Under the pieces are notes generated by a model that was not told where the DNA came from, did no database searches, and was given only the letters and a program-made list of their open reading frames with translations. The position numbers and the translations under genes are program-made. Below, one piece after another: positions 14,363-23,786 of a stretch of DNA of 64,000 nt. This DNA is from a virus (taxonomy: Duplodnaviria > Caudoviricetes), in IMG/VR virus record IMGVR_UViG_3300032007_000065, positions 13,898 through 77,897 of that record. The stretch is one strand, 5' to 3'. Numbering within the stretch: position 1 is the first letter of the stretch; every line of letters starts with the position of its first letter.

Positions 14363-16546
14363 ATGCCCAGAAAGCCGAAAGCTGCCGAAGCTACGGCAAC
14401 CGAAACTGAAGTGATCCCCACCGTCGAACCGATTCCCGCGGATGACAAACCAGCTCCGGATCCCGTCCTCGTCGACGCCACCATCCGGTCCCACGGCCTC
14501 TATCCAAACTTTCGGTTCGACCCGAATGCAAAAGACAGCTACGAAGAGCAGGTCGTCCACAGCTGGTGGTTCCAGAACATCGAGAACTGCATGAGAATCA
14601 TGATCGACGACGGCTGGTACATCGAGAACTCGGAGACACCGTCGACCCTGGAAGAAGCCAGACCGGTGTTCGACCGGGTCTTCAAGTCCAGCGTCCCCAT
14701 CGACGACGAGCTGCTGGCGACGGCACTGCTGAACCACAGAATCCAGGTGTCGCCGAATCCGCCGAAACGTCGCCGCCGTGGTGGTCTGAAACCGCCGACT
14801 CCGGTCGACATTGCGGACGTCGTCTCCATTAAGGATGTCATGGCAGCAACGCCGGTCGGCGAACCAGTGTCCATCAAGCCGCTCATCGACCCGAAAACGA
14901 AACTTTCGCAAATCGACATCTTCGACAACGTCGAGAATGCTGACAACGCCATCACATACAAGATCCCGGAAGACCCCTTCGAGGTGTCCGACGACGACAA
15001 TGAGCCCATCATCCTGAAGGGGCGCGGTGGCTTCGTCGATCGGCCCGACAGCTTCAACATGATGACCTGGATCCCGCTGCCGGAGCAGACGTTCTTCGTC
15101 GAGAAGGATGGCATGATCGTGGCCCAGTACCTCGTCAACAGGTTCAACGTCCCGGAGGACCGCCACCTGTTGGAGTACATCATCGCCAAGAAGCACTATA
15201 AAGAGCGCATTCCGGATCTGATCCAGCACATCAACTACTTCGAGTCGTTCTATGACCATGACCATGAGTACCTTGTGTCGACACTGGCGACGAAGGACTA
15301 CATTGACCATCACCCGACGATGACCCAGAAGGCCTTCTGTCGTATGGTCGATGTCCGCATCATCACGCCGACCTTGGTCCGTAAGGTGAAGCACATGGCC
15401 CTAGATCTCTATCGACTCAACATCAACACTGACAAGGACGGCAAGTACAAGACGACGCCGAAGATCACCAATGACCATGCCCGCATGATTGTGGCGGTTT
15501 CCTTCTGCATCCGTCTCATCCTGCCTCTCTGCATCCATTTCTCGAACACCAATGCCACGTTCATCAACAAACGTGACTACATCGACTGCTTCGACCGCAT
15601 TTTCATGAAGGTGGTCCAGAAGTTCGAAAAGAATGACACCGAGATCTGGAACCCTATCTGCCGCTTCGTCGCCTATCGCGTCGAGCGTTCCCAGACGACC
15701 GATGCCGTCATCTGGGAAAAGAAGAAGCAGCTCTACGGCACCACCATGGAACTGTATCTCGAGACTCTGATTCACGAGGTTATCCTGGTGAAGTCTCTCC
15801 ACAAGCTGGCATACAACCGGTCCATCGTGTCGTTCATCGATGGCATCATCACCCATTCGTACATGCACTACCGCTACGAAAACTTCAAGTTCAAACCCGT
15901 CGAAATCGAGAACGAAGACTCGGACTCCGACGACTATCTGAGCCACGTCGAGGCACTGGAGATGCAAATCTCTCGTGTTGACGAGAGCAATCAGCTGGTC
16001 AACGAGACGAACATCGCCCAGGTCATGGCATCTCTCGAGAAACGGTTCAACGTCCCTATTGCAGAGGGAGAGCTGGAGTTCTACGTTGAAAACATCCACT
16101 TCAACTCCCTGATGCAGTCGTTCCTGCATGCCTTCTTCTCGAAGTACTTCAACGACACCAACGCCATCCGCCTGCTGGATCGTCGTCGGTCTGCTCAGTT
16201 GGCACTGTACCTGAAGAAGTATCTGCAACTCCGTGGTATGGTCATCCTGCCGCAGATCTGCACCGCCCGTGTTCACGGCAAGTTCAAGGACACCTGCATC
16301 AAGAACGCCAAGTTTCTCGAGAAGTTCACGACATCGAGCGTCTATCAGCACATCATCGCCGACAAGTATCGCTACATCGCCGAACTCCATCTGAAGGAGG
16401 ACCCGATCGTCAAGATGCTGTCGACTATGCTGAATTCGAGCTTCGAGTTCTGTGACTTCGACCCCGAGATCAACGGACGCGTCGCCGAAGAGTTCGACAC
16501 CGACATGCTGGTGTCTGAATTCATGACGTTCCTGTCGATCTGCTGA
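14363..16546 (+). CDS. nvRNAP promoter-specificity (sigma-like) subunit, AR9 gp226-like, with long N-terminal extension
   Basis: Blocks SFCIRLILPLCIHF, TDAVIW, KLAYNRSIVSFIDGII, LSHVEALEMQISRVD, ILPQIC and terminal LVSEFMTFLSIC are colinear with AR9 gp226 as recalled (SVLMRILIPILCDF, SDVVIW, KLKHNSSVISYLDVVI, LSEQERMEINLLRND, IIPEIL, LAEEVLDMLLCI). Confidence 0.75.
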   Translation: MPRKPKAAEATATETEVIPTVEPIPADDKPAPDPVLVDATIRSHGLYPNFRFDPNAKDSYEEQVVHSWWFQNIENCMRIMIDDGWYIENSETPSTLEEARPVFDRVFKSSVPIDDELLATALLNHRIQVSPNPPKRRRRGGLKPPTPVDIADVVSIKDVMAATPVGEPVSIKPLIDPKTKLSQIDIFDNVENADNAITYKIPEDPFEVSDDDNEPIILKGRGGFVDRPDSFNMMTWIPLPEQTFFVEKDGMIVAQYLVNRFNVPEDRHLLEYIIAKKHYKERIPDLIQHINYFESFYDHDHEYLVSTLATKDYIDHHPTMTQKAFCRMVDVRIITPTLVRKVKHMALDLYRLNINTDKDGKYKTTPKITNDHARMIVAVSFCIRLILPLCIHFSNTNATFINKRDYIDCFDRIFMKVVQKFEKNDTEIWNPICRFVAYRVERSQTTDAVIWEKKKQLYGTTMELYLETLIHEVILVKSLHKLAYNRSIVSFIDGIITHSYMHYRYENFKFKPVEIENEDSDSDDYLSHVEALEMQISRVDESNQLVNETNIAQVMASLEKRFNVPIAEGELEFYVENIHFNSLMQSFLHAFFSKYFNDTNAIRLLDRRRSAQLALYLKKYLQLRGMVILPQICTARVHGKFKDTCIKNAKFLEKFTTSSVYQHIIADKYRYIAELHLKEDPIVKMLSTMLNSSFEFCDFDPEINGRVAEEFDTDMLVSEFMTFLSIC

Positions 16547-16550
16547 AGAC

Positions 16551-16587
16551 AAAAGAAAGAAAGAGAGCCGATGCTCTCTTTCTTTTT
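16551..16587 (+). terminator. intrinsic terminator
   Basis: AAAGAGAGC-cgat-GCTCTCTTT followed by CTTTTT. Confidence 0.8.
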
Positions 16588-16735
16588 ATCATGACGATAG
16601 GAGGGTCGGGAGAGACCGCTGCCGATAACGGTCTCTCCCTGTCGTGACGCAGTTTGAAATTGAAAAGTCCAGTCGAAACTGTCGCGGTTCCCCAACCGCT
16701 TACGTTTCTGTCCATCTGTGTATAAATTTGAAAAA

Positions 16736-16776
16736 GCGAAAAGTCTCGATTTTAATCCACATATAATTCTTGTGAG
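16736..16776 (+). promoter_or_regulatory. 41-bp extended promoter, copy 2
   Basis: GCGAAAAGTCTCGATTTTAATCCACATATAATTCTTGTGAG. Confidence 0.7.
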
Positions 16777-16968
16777 CAAACGGTGAAGAGTGGATAGCCG
16801 GTTGCTCGAAAAATGGTTCCTAGCTGCTCGGGACAAAGAGAGCGGTCGACGTCGCAGCGTCGAAATTAAATGTCGCCGTCTCCTGCTGAGGGACGTTGGT
16901 TCAGAAGCGACGAGTGGCGTAGTTTATGCCAGAAAGAAAAGATGTGACACTCCACAGCTTTTCTTTTT
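16777..16968 (+). ncRNA. candidate ~190-nt non-coding RNA of unknown family
   Basis: Bounded by promoter copy 2 and a terminator (16931-16968); several stem-loops; no SD-led ORF. Confidence 0.5.
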
Positions 16969-17045
16969 GCCTGATAAACTACTATCGGCTCGACGAATCT
17001 CTAAGTCCCCAAGAAAACCACTTCATTAGAAAGGATGTGACACAA

Positions 17046-18098
17046 GTGGACCAGAATACACAAGCACCGGCGACGGAAGAGTCTCCGGCGCGTCCGCCTG
17101 TCGAACACAGTGACTGCACTCCTCCGGTTCAGATGACGCCGCATCGTTCGTTCAGCGACTTCCTCATCCGCGTCGACAATCTGACGTCGCAGCGAGCCGA
17201 CTGGAGTGACCCGACGAACAAGAATCGGCCGTTCAAGCACAGCTTCATCGAGTTCATTCATCGGCTGGTGCTGCGCATGCCGGTGGCACCGGAACTGGTG
17301 CCGCTCACCGACGGAACGGTTCGATTCCGTTACCGCAAGAACCATGCTCCGAAGGACAAGTGGCAGGTGTTGGAAATCATCGTGACACCGAAGCGTGTCT
17401 TCAGTCTGACGGCGAGATCCCGTCTCCCGAACCAGGCACCGTACACCCGCACCAACACCGCCAGACCCGACATCCTGTCGGACCTCGTCCGGTCGTTCTA
17501 CGAGCTCGACTCGGTCAATGTCCAGGACCATCCTCTGAAGTTCCGGTCCATCAATGTCAATGACATTCCGTACATCTCGGCCATGTGTCAGACATCATTT
17601 GGGCCGCACACCATCTATAAACCGAAAAACATCGGCGTCCTGCTGGACCACACCGTCGTTGCCGAAGATCCCATCTACGGCATCATGTCGGTGGCCGCCA
17701 TCCACAAGTCTGAACGCGATGACTTCGACTACGAAGTGTCTTTCCTGATCACGGTGGAGAATTGTCGTGGTCTGTCTCTGGCGTCCCAGTGTCTCCGGAA
17801 GGCCGTCACCAATGTGCTGGCCCAGGAGCCCGAAGCCGAGATTCTGGCGACGTCGATCCTGCCCGACGGACAGGTGAAGGACGTTGCCCAGTCGGCACTT
17901 CGCCGTGCCGGATTCCGTCGCATTCGCATCGTCCGCGGCGAGCGTCGCTATCGTTGCTTCGACTGCGATCGCTGCAACAAGACGAACGGCTGGTGTGACT
18001 TCGAAGATCCGAATTCGGTCTGCTCCACGGTCTACTACAGATTGTCGAACCACGGTGGCAAACTCGGCTATGGTGGTCGCAAGGTGACAGGCCAGTAA
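17046..18098 (+). CDS. two-domain protein with C-terminal GNAT acetyltransferase and Cys cluster
   Basis: GNAT motif A (ITVENCRGLSLASQCL); CxxCxxC..C..C near the C-terminus; AAAGGA SD before GTG 17046. Confidence 0.65.
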   Translation: MDQNTQAPATEESPARPPVEHSDCTPPVQMTPHRSFSDFLIRVDNLTSQRADWSDPTNKNRPFKHSFIEFIHRLVLRMPVAPELVPLTDGTVRFRYRKNHAPKDKWQVLEIIVTPKRVFSLTARSRLPNQAPYTRTNTARPDILSDLVRSFYELDSVNVQDHPLKFRSINVNDIPYISAMCQTSFGPHTIYKPKNIGVLLDHTVVAEDPIYGIMSVAAIHKSERDDFDYEVSFLITVENCRGLSLASQCLRKAVTNVLAQEPEAEILATSILPDGQVKDVAQSALRRAGFRRIRIVRGERRYRCFDCDRCNKTNGWCDFEDPNSVCSTVYYRLSNHGGKLGYGGRKVTGQ

Positions 18099-18120
18099 CT
18101 TCTAGAAGGAGGTCCGGTGA

Positions 18121-18924
18121 ATGGCCGACCAACTGTTGCCGCCGAAGATGTACCTGCCACACAGCGAAGACACAATGATTGAAGTCCGAGCCATTGTTGC
18201 CACAGACAAGGTAGGTGTCATCGGCTACGACAATCATCTGATTTTCAACAACCCAGACGATCTCAAGACCTTTCGAGCAAAGACCATCGGTCGTGTCGTC
18301 GTCATGGGTCGAAAGACATTCGAATCCATCGGCAGGATTCTTCCGGATCGTCAGACCATCATCCTGACACACGACCCGAAGTCCTACACCGAGAAAGTGC
18401 TCAAGAACTACCACTGCAAGAGAGGCACCGACACCCCGAGACCGATCGCAACGGATCGACTCGACCAGACCGTTCCGGAAGTCTGTGAAACCTACGGATC
18501 CCATAAGGTCTGGATCGTTGGTGGCGCCGAGCTCTACCGTGGCTGCAGCAATGCCATCGGCACCTGGATGGTCACCGAATACGCCATCGAACTCGAGCAG
18601 TACCTCAGTGACAGCGATCAGGATCCGGTCGGTGTCAGCTGCGGCCTTCTGCCGAAGGACTATGACTACCGGAAACTGACGACACTCGAACGATCCATCT
18701 ATACGAATCAGGCGTCCGTCAACACCCTGGAACTTGGACGCTTCAACGTCGACGGCCACGACATTCGTTATGCCGTCAAGTCCTACAATCGCATGGGTCG
18801 TCTCCCGTACGGTAAACCGACGACTCGTAACAAGACGATCGACGAGATCGAAGAGATCAACCGTCGGCAGTACAGTCTTCCCCAGGACGAACACTACGGA
18901 ATGGAGGCTGACAGCCATGATTGA
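18121..18924 (+). CDS. folA: dihydrofolate reductase (extended)
   Basis: IVATDKVGVIG..DLKTFRAKTIGRVVVMGRKTFESIG..LPDR..VWIVGGAELY. Confidence 0.9.
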   Translation: MADQLLPPKMYLPHSEDTMIEVRAIVATDKVGVIGYDNHLIFNNPDDLKTFRAKTIGRVVVMGRKTFESIGRILPDRQTIILTHDPKSYTEKVLKNYHCKRGTDTPRPIATDRLDQTVPEVCETYGSHKVWIVGGAELYRGCSNAIGTWMVTEYAIELEQYLSDSDQDPVGVSCGLLPKDYDYRKLTTLERSIYTNQASVNTLELGRFNVDGHDIRYAVKSYNRMGRLPYGKPTTRNKTIDEIEEINRRQYSLPQDEHYGMEADSHD

Positions 18925-19114
18925 CATCAGAGAGGTAACCGAGCTCCGAGACCGAGCAGTCGACGATCTTCATCGACTTCGCGGTCAGGTCTCTGATGCC
19001 ATCGATGAGATCAGATACTCGAGCAACTGCGGCATTCCGCCCGGGAGACTCCTGGACGAATACCAGAAACTTCTTGAGTCCATCGACTGGTATCTCGGCA
19101 GGCAATCGAACTGA
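18917..19114 (+). CDS. hypothetical protein
   Basis: GGAGG SD, 65 aa, overlaps the folA stop. Confidence 0.6.
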   Translation: MIDIREVTELRDRAVDDLHRLRGQVSDAIDEIRYSSNCGIPPGRLLDEYQKLLESIDWYLGRQSN

Positions 19115-19115
19115 A

Positions 19116-19161
19116 AATGAAGACTAGAGCTTCGGCTCTAGTCTTCATTGTTTTTCTTTTT
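19116..19161. terminator. bidirectional intrinsic terminator
   Basis: AATGAAGACTAGAGC-TTCG-GCTCTAGTCTTCATT with T-rich tail. Confidence 0.85.
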
Positions 19162-19839
19162 GTATGTCGAATGTCGCACGATCTCTTCGATCTCGCGAAT
19201 CTCTTTCTCGGCCTTCTGATCGTCCGTTGCCAGAGGCTCCGTGAAGAAGTCCTTCTGTTTCTCGATGATCTGGTCAATGAATTCCGTGTGGGCCTTGGTG
19301 TTGTCGTCGATCTTGTCGTTGATCTTCTTGGCATCTTCCGGATCCAGAAGAGCGCCGGCCATGATCTCGCCAATGGCCCGAAGCGTCGTAGACGTCTCGT
19401 TGGTGAATCGCATGTTGTATCCTTCGATCTCCATTAGCGCCTGAAGACGGTTCTCCGTCTGGGTGTGCATGTGCATCATCTGCGACATGGCCCTGGCGTT
19501 CTTCGATAGGATGGCCACAATGGAGTTGATGGATTCTTCGGCATGCGCCATGCGCTCCGCCATCTCAGTTGACACGTGGGTCAACTGAGTTTCAATGGAG
19601 TTGATCTGGCGCTGCATCGAGTCCAGTGTCACCTGGAGTTTCTCACGCTCCTGCTGCTCATGTTCTTCCCGCAGCTGCTTTTCAGCAGCGTCGGCACGGG
19701 CCTTTTCGGCGGCAGCTTCGGCGTTCTGTTTCTTCTCTTTATCGTTACGGTGTGTGATCCAGGCGACGAGTACGGCGGAAAACATCGTACAGAGAGCCGG
19801 GATGGCGACTGACAGAAGTGTTGCGGTAGTGCTGTCCAT
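19138..19839 (-). CDS. N-terminal transmembrane, coiled-coil protein
   Basis: One TM helix (LLSVAIPALCTMFSAVLVAWI) followed by heptad-rich helices; GAGGTG SD. Confidence 0.7.
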   Translation of the reverse strand: MDSTTATLLSVAIPALCTMFSAVLVAWITHRNDKEKKQNAEAAAEKARADAAEKQLREEHEQQEREKLQVTLDSMQRQINSIETQLTHVSTEMAERMAHAEESINSIVAILSKNARAMSQMMHMHTQTENRLQALMEIEGYNMRFTNETSTTLRAIGEIMAGALLDPEDAKKINDKIDDNTKAHTEFIDQIIEKQKDFFTEPLATDDQKAEKEIREIEEIVRHSTYKKKNNED

Positions 19840-19870
19840 TGGCGTCACCTCGCAAAAATAGATTCATAAT

Positions 19871-19882
19871 TAGGGGTGTGTT
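19871..19882 (-). promoter_or_regulatory. class B promoter motif AACA-N6-TA
   Basis: AACA CACCCC TA about 30 nt upstream of ATG 19839. Confidence 0.5.
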
Positions 19883-19919
19883 TTGGGAGTCGAGCCATAG
19901 CGGCTCGACTCCCTTTCTT

Positions 19920-21164
19920 TCAACTCTGGCTGTCGTCCAGCGACAACGGTCGATAGAAACTAGGCTGGTTCATTCTGGTTTCGAAGATGATGTCCATGGC
20001 AATGTCGATGGACTCTTCGGCTCGCGTGATCGATGTGTACTCGACCTTTCGAGTCATCTCGGCATCTCCGAACCACTGATCGATAAAGAGCACTCTCGGG
20101 TACTCGGAGCCCTGCGACGAGTGCGTCGTAATAGCGTAGGCATACTCGAACTTCTCGAACTGGGTGAAGCCATGGTTCTTCCGCTCTTCATAGTCCATCT
20201 TGATGTAGTTGGCATCGATCTGGAGATTGAAGAACTCTTCATCGGAGATGTCCGGCTGGAAATCGATTGACAGGAATCGGCCGCCACTGAGTGACCGGTG
20301 GATGTCGGTGACGACTCCAGCGAGGCCGTTCGTCAGGAAGATGTTTCCTTCGATAGACCGCTCCCAGTTGTTCTGGCGACAGATGACCTTGTCGCCGATG
20401 ACCGGCAGTGGGTTTCGAATGCCGAGCACCTCTTCCCGGATGTAGTGGTTGATGTTATCCCGTGTCCGGTTCCTGGCCGTGATGATGGCGTCGTAGTCTC
20501 GGAAGTTCTCTCCGAGTCGGATCTGGGGCATGACGCGACACTTGCCATAGGAGCCATACGGGATCGGTTTGTGGTTCAGGACGCACTGAGACAGATAGAC
20601 GATAGGGTCGTCCTCCGCCTGGCGCATGATCTTCGTCAATCGAAAGTTCGGCATGGCCATGACCGACGAGACGCCGAAGACCGGCGGCAGTTGGTTCATG
20701 TCTCCGATGAAAATGGTCTTGACACCGAAGCTCAGGATGTCTTCGGCCAGGTCGTCGTTGACCATGGTGGCTTCGTCGACGATGATGAGTTCGAGACCCG
20801 ACGTCAGATTCGGCTTCAGGTGGAATTCGACCTTCATCTTCGGCTCACCGTTCGGCTTGTAGATGGGGAATCCTTCGGCGTCCTTCTGTTCGACCCACTC
20901 GACCTGATAGATGAGCGAATGGATCGTCGACGCCGGAAGGCCATGTCTCGACAGGACCGTCACCGCCTTACCGACGTAAGCAACGGCGATGTAGTCCTTC
21001 AGGTCGAGCTCTTCAATGAATGACTTGATGACCGTCGTCTTGCCGGTGCCGGCAGCTCCCGTGTACGAGAACCACTGGGGCGACGACGGTGACCGATACC
21101 AGGCGCAGAGCCGTTTCACCAGCTCATGTTGCTCGTCGGTCAGATCAATGTGCTTCCAGGCCAT
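19920..21164 (-). CDS. SF1B helicase, RecD/Dda-like
   Basis: Walker A GAAGTGKTT, IIVDEATMV, GDMNQLPPV, YAYAITTHSSQGSEY. Confidence 0.9.
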   Translation of the reverse strand: MAWKHIDLTDEQHELVKRLCAWYRSPSSPQWFSYTGAAGTGKTTVIKSFIEELDLKDYIAVAYVGKAVTVLSRHGLPASTIHSLIYQVEWVEQKDAEGFPIYKPNGEPKMKVEFHLKPNLTSGLELIIVDEATMVNDDLAEDILSFGVKTIFIGDMNQLPPVFGVSSVMAMPNFRLTKIMRQAEDDPIVYLSQCVLNHKPIPYGSYGKCRVMPQIRLGENFRDYDAIITARNRTRDNINHYIREEVLGIRNPLPVIGDKVICRQNNWERSIEGNIFLTNGLAGVVTDIHRSLSGGRFLSIDFQPDISDEEFFNLQIDANYIKMDYEERKNHGFTQFEKFEYAYAITTHSSQGSEYPRVLFIDQWFGDAEMTRKVEYTSITRAEESIDIAMDIIFETRMNQPSFYRPLSLDDSQS

Positions 21165-21950
21165 TCAGTTCAACTCCTTCAGGATGCGTTCTTCGTAGTT
21201 GGTGGCGACCCGTTCCATGATGATGGCTCGAGTGATGACACCGATGCCACCGATCTTTGGAGTCGTGGCAATGGAACCGGCATCGATCGGCAGATTCTCC
21301 CAGTAGCTGAGGTCGAAGTTGTTGCCGATGTCGATGAGAATGGTGCCACTGTGCAGCAGATCACCCTGGAACTTTGTGCCATAGGGAGCCGTTGAAACGA
21401 CGACGTCGGCGACATCAATGAGACTCTTCAATCTTTCGTTCCCCGTCTTCGAGTGGGCCACAATGACGGTCTTGTCGATGCCGAGAAGTCGGCGGGCGAT
21501 GACCTTCCCAATGGAGTCGCTGCGACCGATGACCAGGACGGTGTCGCCGTCGGTTGAGACGATACGCCGATCGAAGATCGCCATGGCAGCTTCGACGACG
21601 GCCTTCTCATAGGGTGTGCCGAAGCCATCGTCGACGGACAGAGATCTGTCGTTGTCGTACGGGATACTGAGCCCAGCTCCACTAAGAGAGACATAGCCGT
21701 CGATGACACGTTCACCTTTGACGACAGAGTCGATGTCCGATTGTGTATAGGCATCAAATACTTCGATGCCGACGTCTTTGGCGGTCTTCTTCAGCATGCG
21801 GCTGAAGATTAGGTCGTCTTCGGCATTGCTGCCGTTCAGCAGCATCAGTGTCGGGTCGGCGAATCCGAGATCAGTCTTCTTATGAATGCGACCTCTGGTG
21901 ACGCCGTTCGTAATATTGGCGATGTATTGACAGTCCAGATAGTGGACCAT
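21165..21950 (-). CDS. folD: FolD-like methylene-THF dehydrogenase/cyclohydrolase (divergent N-terminus)
   Basis: VLVIGRSDSIGK, VAHSKT, ADVVVS, ILIDIG, TPKIGGIGVITRA. Confidence 0.75.
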   Translation of the reverse strand: MVHYLDCQYIANITNGVTRGRIHKKTDLGFADPTLMLLNGSNAEDDLIFSRMLKKTAKDVGIEVFDAYTQSDIDSVVKGERVIDGYVSLSGAGLSIPYDNDRSLSVDDGFGTPYEKAVVEAAMAIFDRRIVSTDGDTVLVIGRSDSIGKVIARRLLGIDKTVIVAHSKTGNERLKSLIDVADVVVSTAPYGTKFQGDLLHSGTILIDIGNNFDLSYWENLPIDAGSIATTPKIGGIGVITRAIIMERVATNYEERILKELN

Positions 21951-22009
21951 AGGATCAACTCCTTTACGAATTTCTTAGTTTAGATGAAAGTTAAAACGAT
22001 GATAGAGCA

Positions 22010-22456
22010 CTAGGCTCTATCATCTTGCAGTAGGGACGGATTCAGGTCTTTCGTTTCGGCAGTTCGTTTCCAGCTCAGCGACCATGTGCCGCAGTTTCGG
22101 CACTGACTGATGACGACGAAGACATTCGAGTGGAGCTCGGGCTCCGGAAGGTCTGCAGCGTCTTCAATGTCGTTCGGCACGTCGTTCGGCCATGGGATCT
22201 GGGTGATCTTTCCATGGTCAAAGTCATCTGGGTCGACACAGCAGCTCAACTCCTGACGTATCCAATGATACATGGTACGTCCGGGACGCAGTATGCCAAT
22301 CGACAGTGTCACGTAGCCGATGACGTAGCGGTCGACAAACTCACAGGGTTGACTGTACTGGAGTTTCGGATCCCAGTTGGTGCCCATCGGTGGCGACGGG
22401 CATCTTCGGACTCTCGCAGTCTCAAGGGTTGTCGGTGTGTTGATCATGACCGTCAT
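22010..22456 (-). CDS. hypothetical protein (CxxC)
   Basis: 148 aa, co-oriented, overlaps the deaminase 3' end. Confidence 0.55.
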   Translation of the reverse strand: MTVMINTPTTLETARVRRCPSPPMGTNWDPKLQYSQPCEFVDRYVIGYVTLSIGILRPGRTMYHWIRQELSCCVDPDDFDHGKITQIPWPNDVPNDIEDAADLPEPELHSNVFVVISQCRNCGTWSLSWKRTAETKDLNPSLLQDDRA

Positions 22457-23171
22457 TCTCCTTCTTTGGAGAAACCATTGTGCTCATTACCAGTTCTCCA
22501 TTACCCATTCGTACCAAATCGGGAATGTGGGTCATGTCCATCGTCGTACGGAATTCTTTCATCTGCGATGCGAACTTCAGGATCTTGATCGGATCCGGAA
22601 TGTCGGCTTCGTCGTCGTAGAGTGGGCGATACTCCTCATCGTAGATGCGCTTCTGGAAAGACGTCGACGTGATGTCCATGGTGACGACGTCGGCGTTGTA
22701 GCTGTTCGGGTTGCCGTCGGCGGGTACGGCGTCGTCCTTTTTCTGAAGTCCGACAACTCTCGAAATGCCGGCGTTGACGATGAGTCGATGGCAGATCAGA
22801 CAGGGAGATGGGTTGGCATAACGGCCGTCTTTCTCGATGCCAACGATGTAGAGAGTCGAGCCGATCATGTCACGCCGTGCGGCGGATATGATGGCATTCA
22901 TCTCGGCATGGACTGACAGACATAGGTTGTAGCCCTTACCCTTCTCGACGTTGGCGACGTCGCGCATGCAGATGCCCATGTCGGTGCAGTTGATGCAGTC
23001 TCTCGGCGAGCCGTTGTAGCCCGTTGCCAGGATCTCGTCGTTCTTGACGATGACGGCACCGTAGTGACGACGCTGACACGTCGACTTCAGTGCCACTGCT
23101 TGGGCGATACTGAGATAGTACCGATCCTTCGACATCTGTTTGATGTATCCAGCTTTGGTGGTATCGGACAC
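22422..23171 (-). CDS. dCMP deaminase
   Basis: STCQRRHYGAVIV, ATGYNGSP, HAEMNAI, PCLIC Zn motifs; GAAAGGAG SD before GTG 23171. Confidence 0.9.
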   Translation of the reverse strand: MSDTTKAGYIKQMSKDRYYLSIAQAVALKSTCQRRHYGAVIVKNDEILATGYNGSPRDCINCTDMGICMRDVANVEKGKGYNLCLSVHAEMNAIISAARRDMIGSTLYIVGIEKDGRYANPSPCLICHRLIVNAGISRVVGLQKKDDAVPADGNPNSYNADVVTMDITSTSFQKRIYDEEYRPLYDDEADIPDPIKILKFASQMKEFRTTMDMTHIPDLVRMGNGELVMSTMVSPKKENDGHDQHTDNP

Positions 23172-23262
23172 AGCTGTCACTCCTTTCATTCGTTTCGTGT
23201 TCAAAACGATTTTAACTGGGTGTGGAATTCTACATAGAAATCCGAACATGGCCGTTTCAACG

Positions 23263-23273
23263 ATATATCATTC
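23263..23273 (+). promoter_or_regulatory. class A promoter motif ATATATCATTC
   Basis: Upstream of the small membrane-protein cluster. Confidence 0.55.
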
Positions 23274-23339
23274 AGTCGACACCAAATAAAGGAGGTACAA
23301 CAGCATGAACATCGGAAACCCAACTGTAGGAGGTGGCCA

Positions 23340-23591
23340 ATGAACCTCATAACCGCGGTCAATGCCGCCTGCATTTTCGTCGGTCTGTCACTACTGCTGC
23401 TGTCCATTGTGGCAACGGGTCTGGAGGAACGTCGAATCATCGCAGATCGAAACCTGTCGAAGACCTTCACAGTATCGACGGCAATTGTCATCGGTGCAGT
23501 CATGGTCTTTGACGTCGTTCTCGTTAGAATCGGACGGCTGACGACCGGAGAACTCGTGGAAATACTGGAGGAGATACTCATATGGTGCTGA
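23340..23591 (+). CDS. small membrane protein
   Basis: 83 aa, two hydrophobic helices, GGAGG SD. Confidence 0.65.
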   Translation: MNLITAVNAACIFVGLSLLLLSIVATGLEERRIIADRNLSKTFTVSTAIVIGAVMVFDVVLVRIGRLTTGELVEILEEILIWC

Positions 23592-23776
23592 GAATCTGGG
23601 TCATCGTAACTGCATCGATTGCACTGGTCTGTCATCTGGGCGTCATGTACCTGGAGATTCGCCAGCAGGTCGACAAACATCCGAACGTCTACTACTGGTT
23701 CATGGAGATTCGCCGACCCGCAGCAGCGGCGGCAATCACCGGATTCGTCTGTCAACTCATTACGACGCCGAAATAG
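23582..23776 (+). CDS. small membrane protein
   Basis: 64 aa, GGAGGAG SD, hydrophobic. Confidence 0.65.
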   Translation: MVLRIWVIVTASIALVCHLGVMYLEIRQQVDKHPNVYYWFMEIRRPAAAAAITGFVCQLITTPK

Positions 23777-23786
23777 GAGAATGCCA

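Noticed and set aside
16840-16900. Hammerhead ribozyme (CGAAA ... CTGAGG)
   Set aside because: The core CUGANGA is imperfect, and stems I/III and the NUH site cannot be formed.
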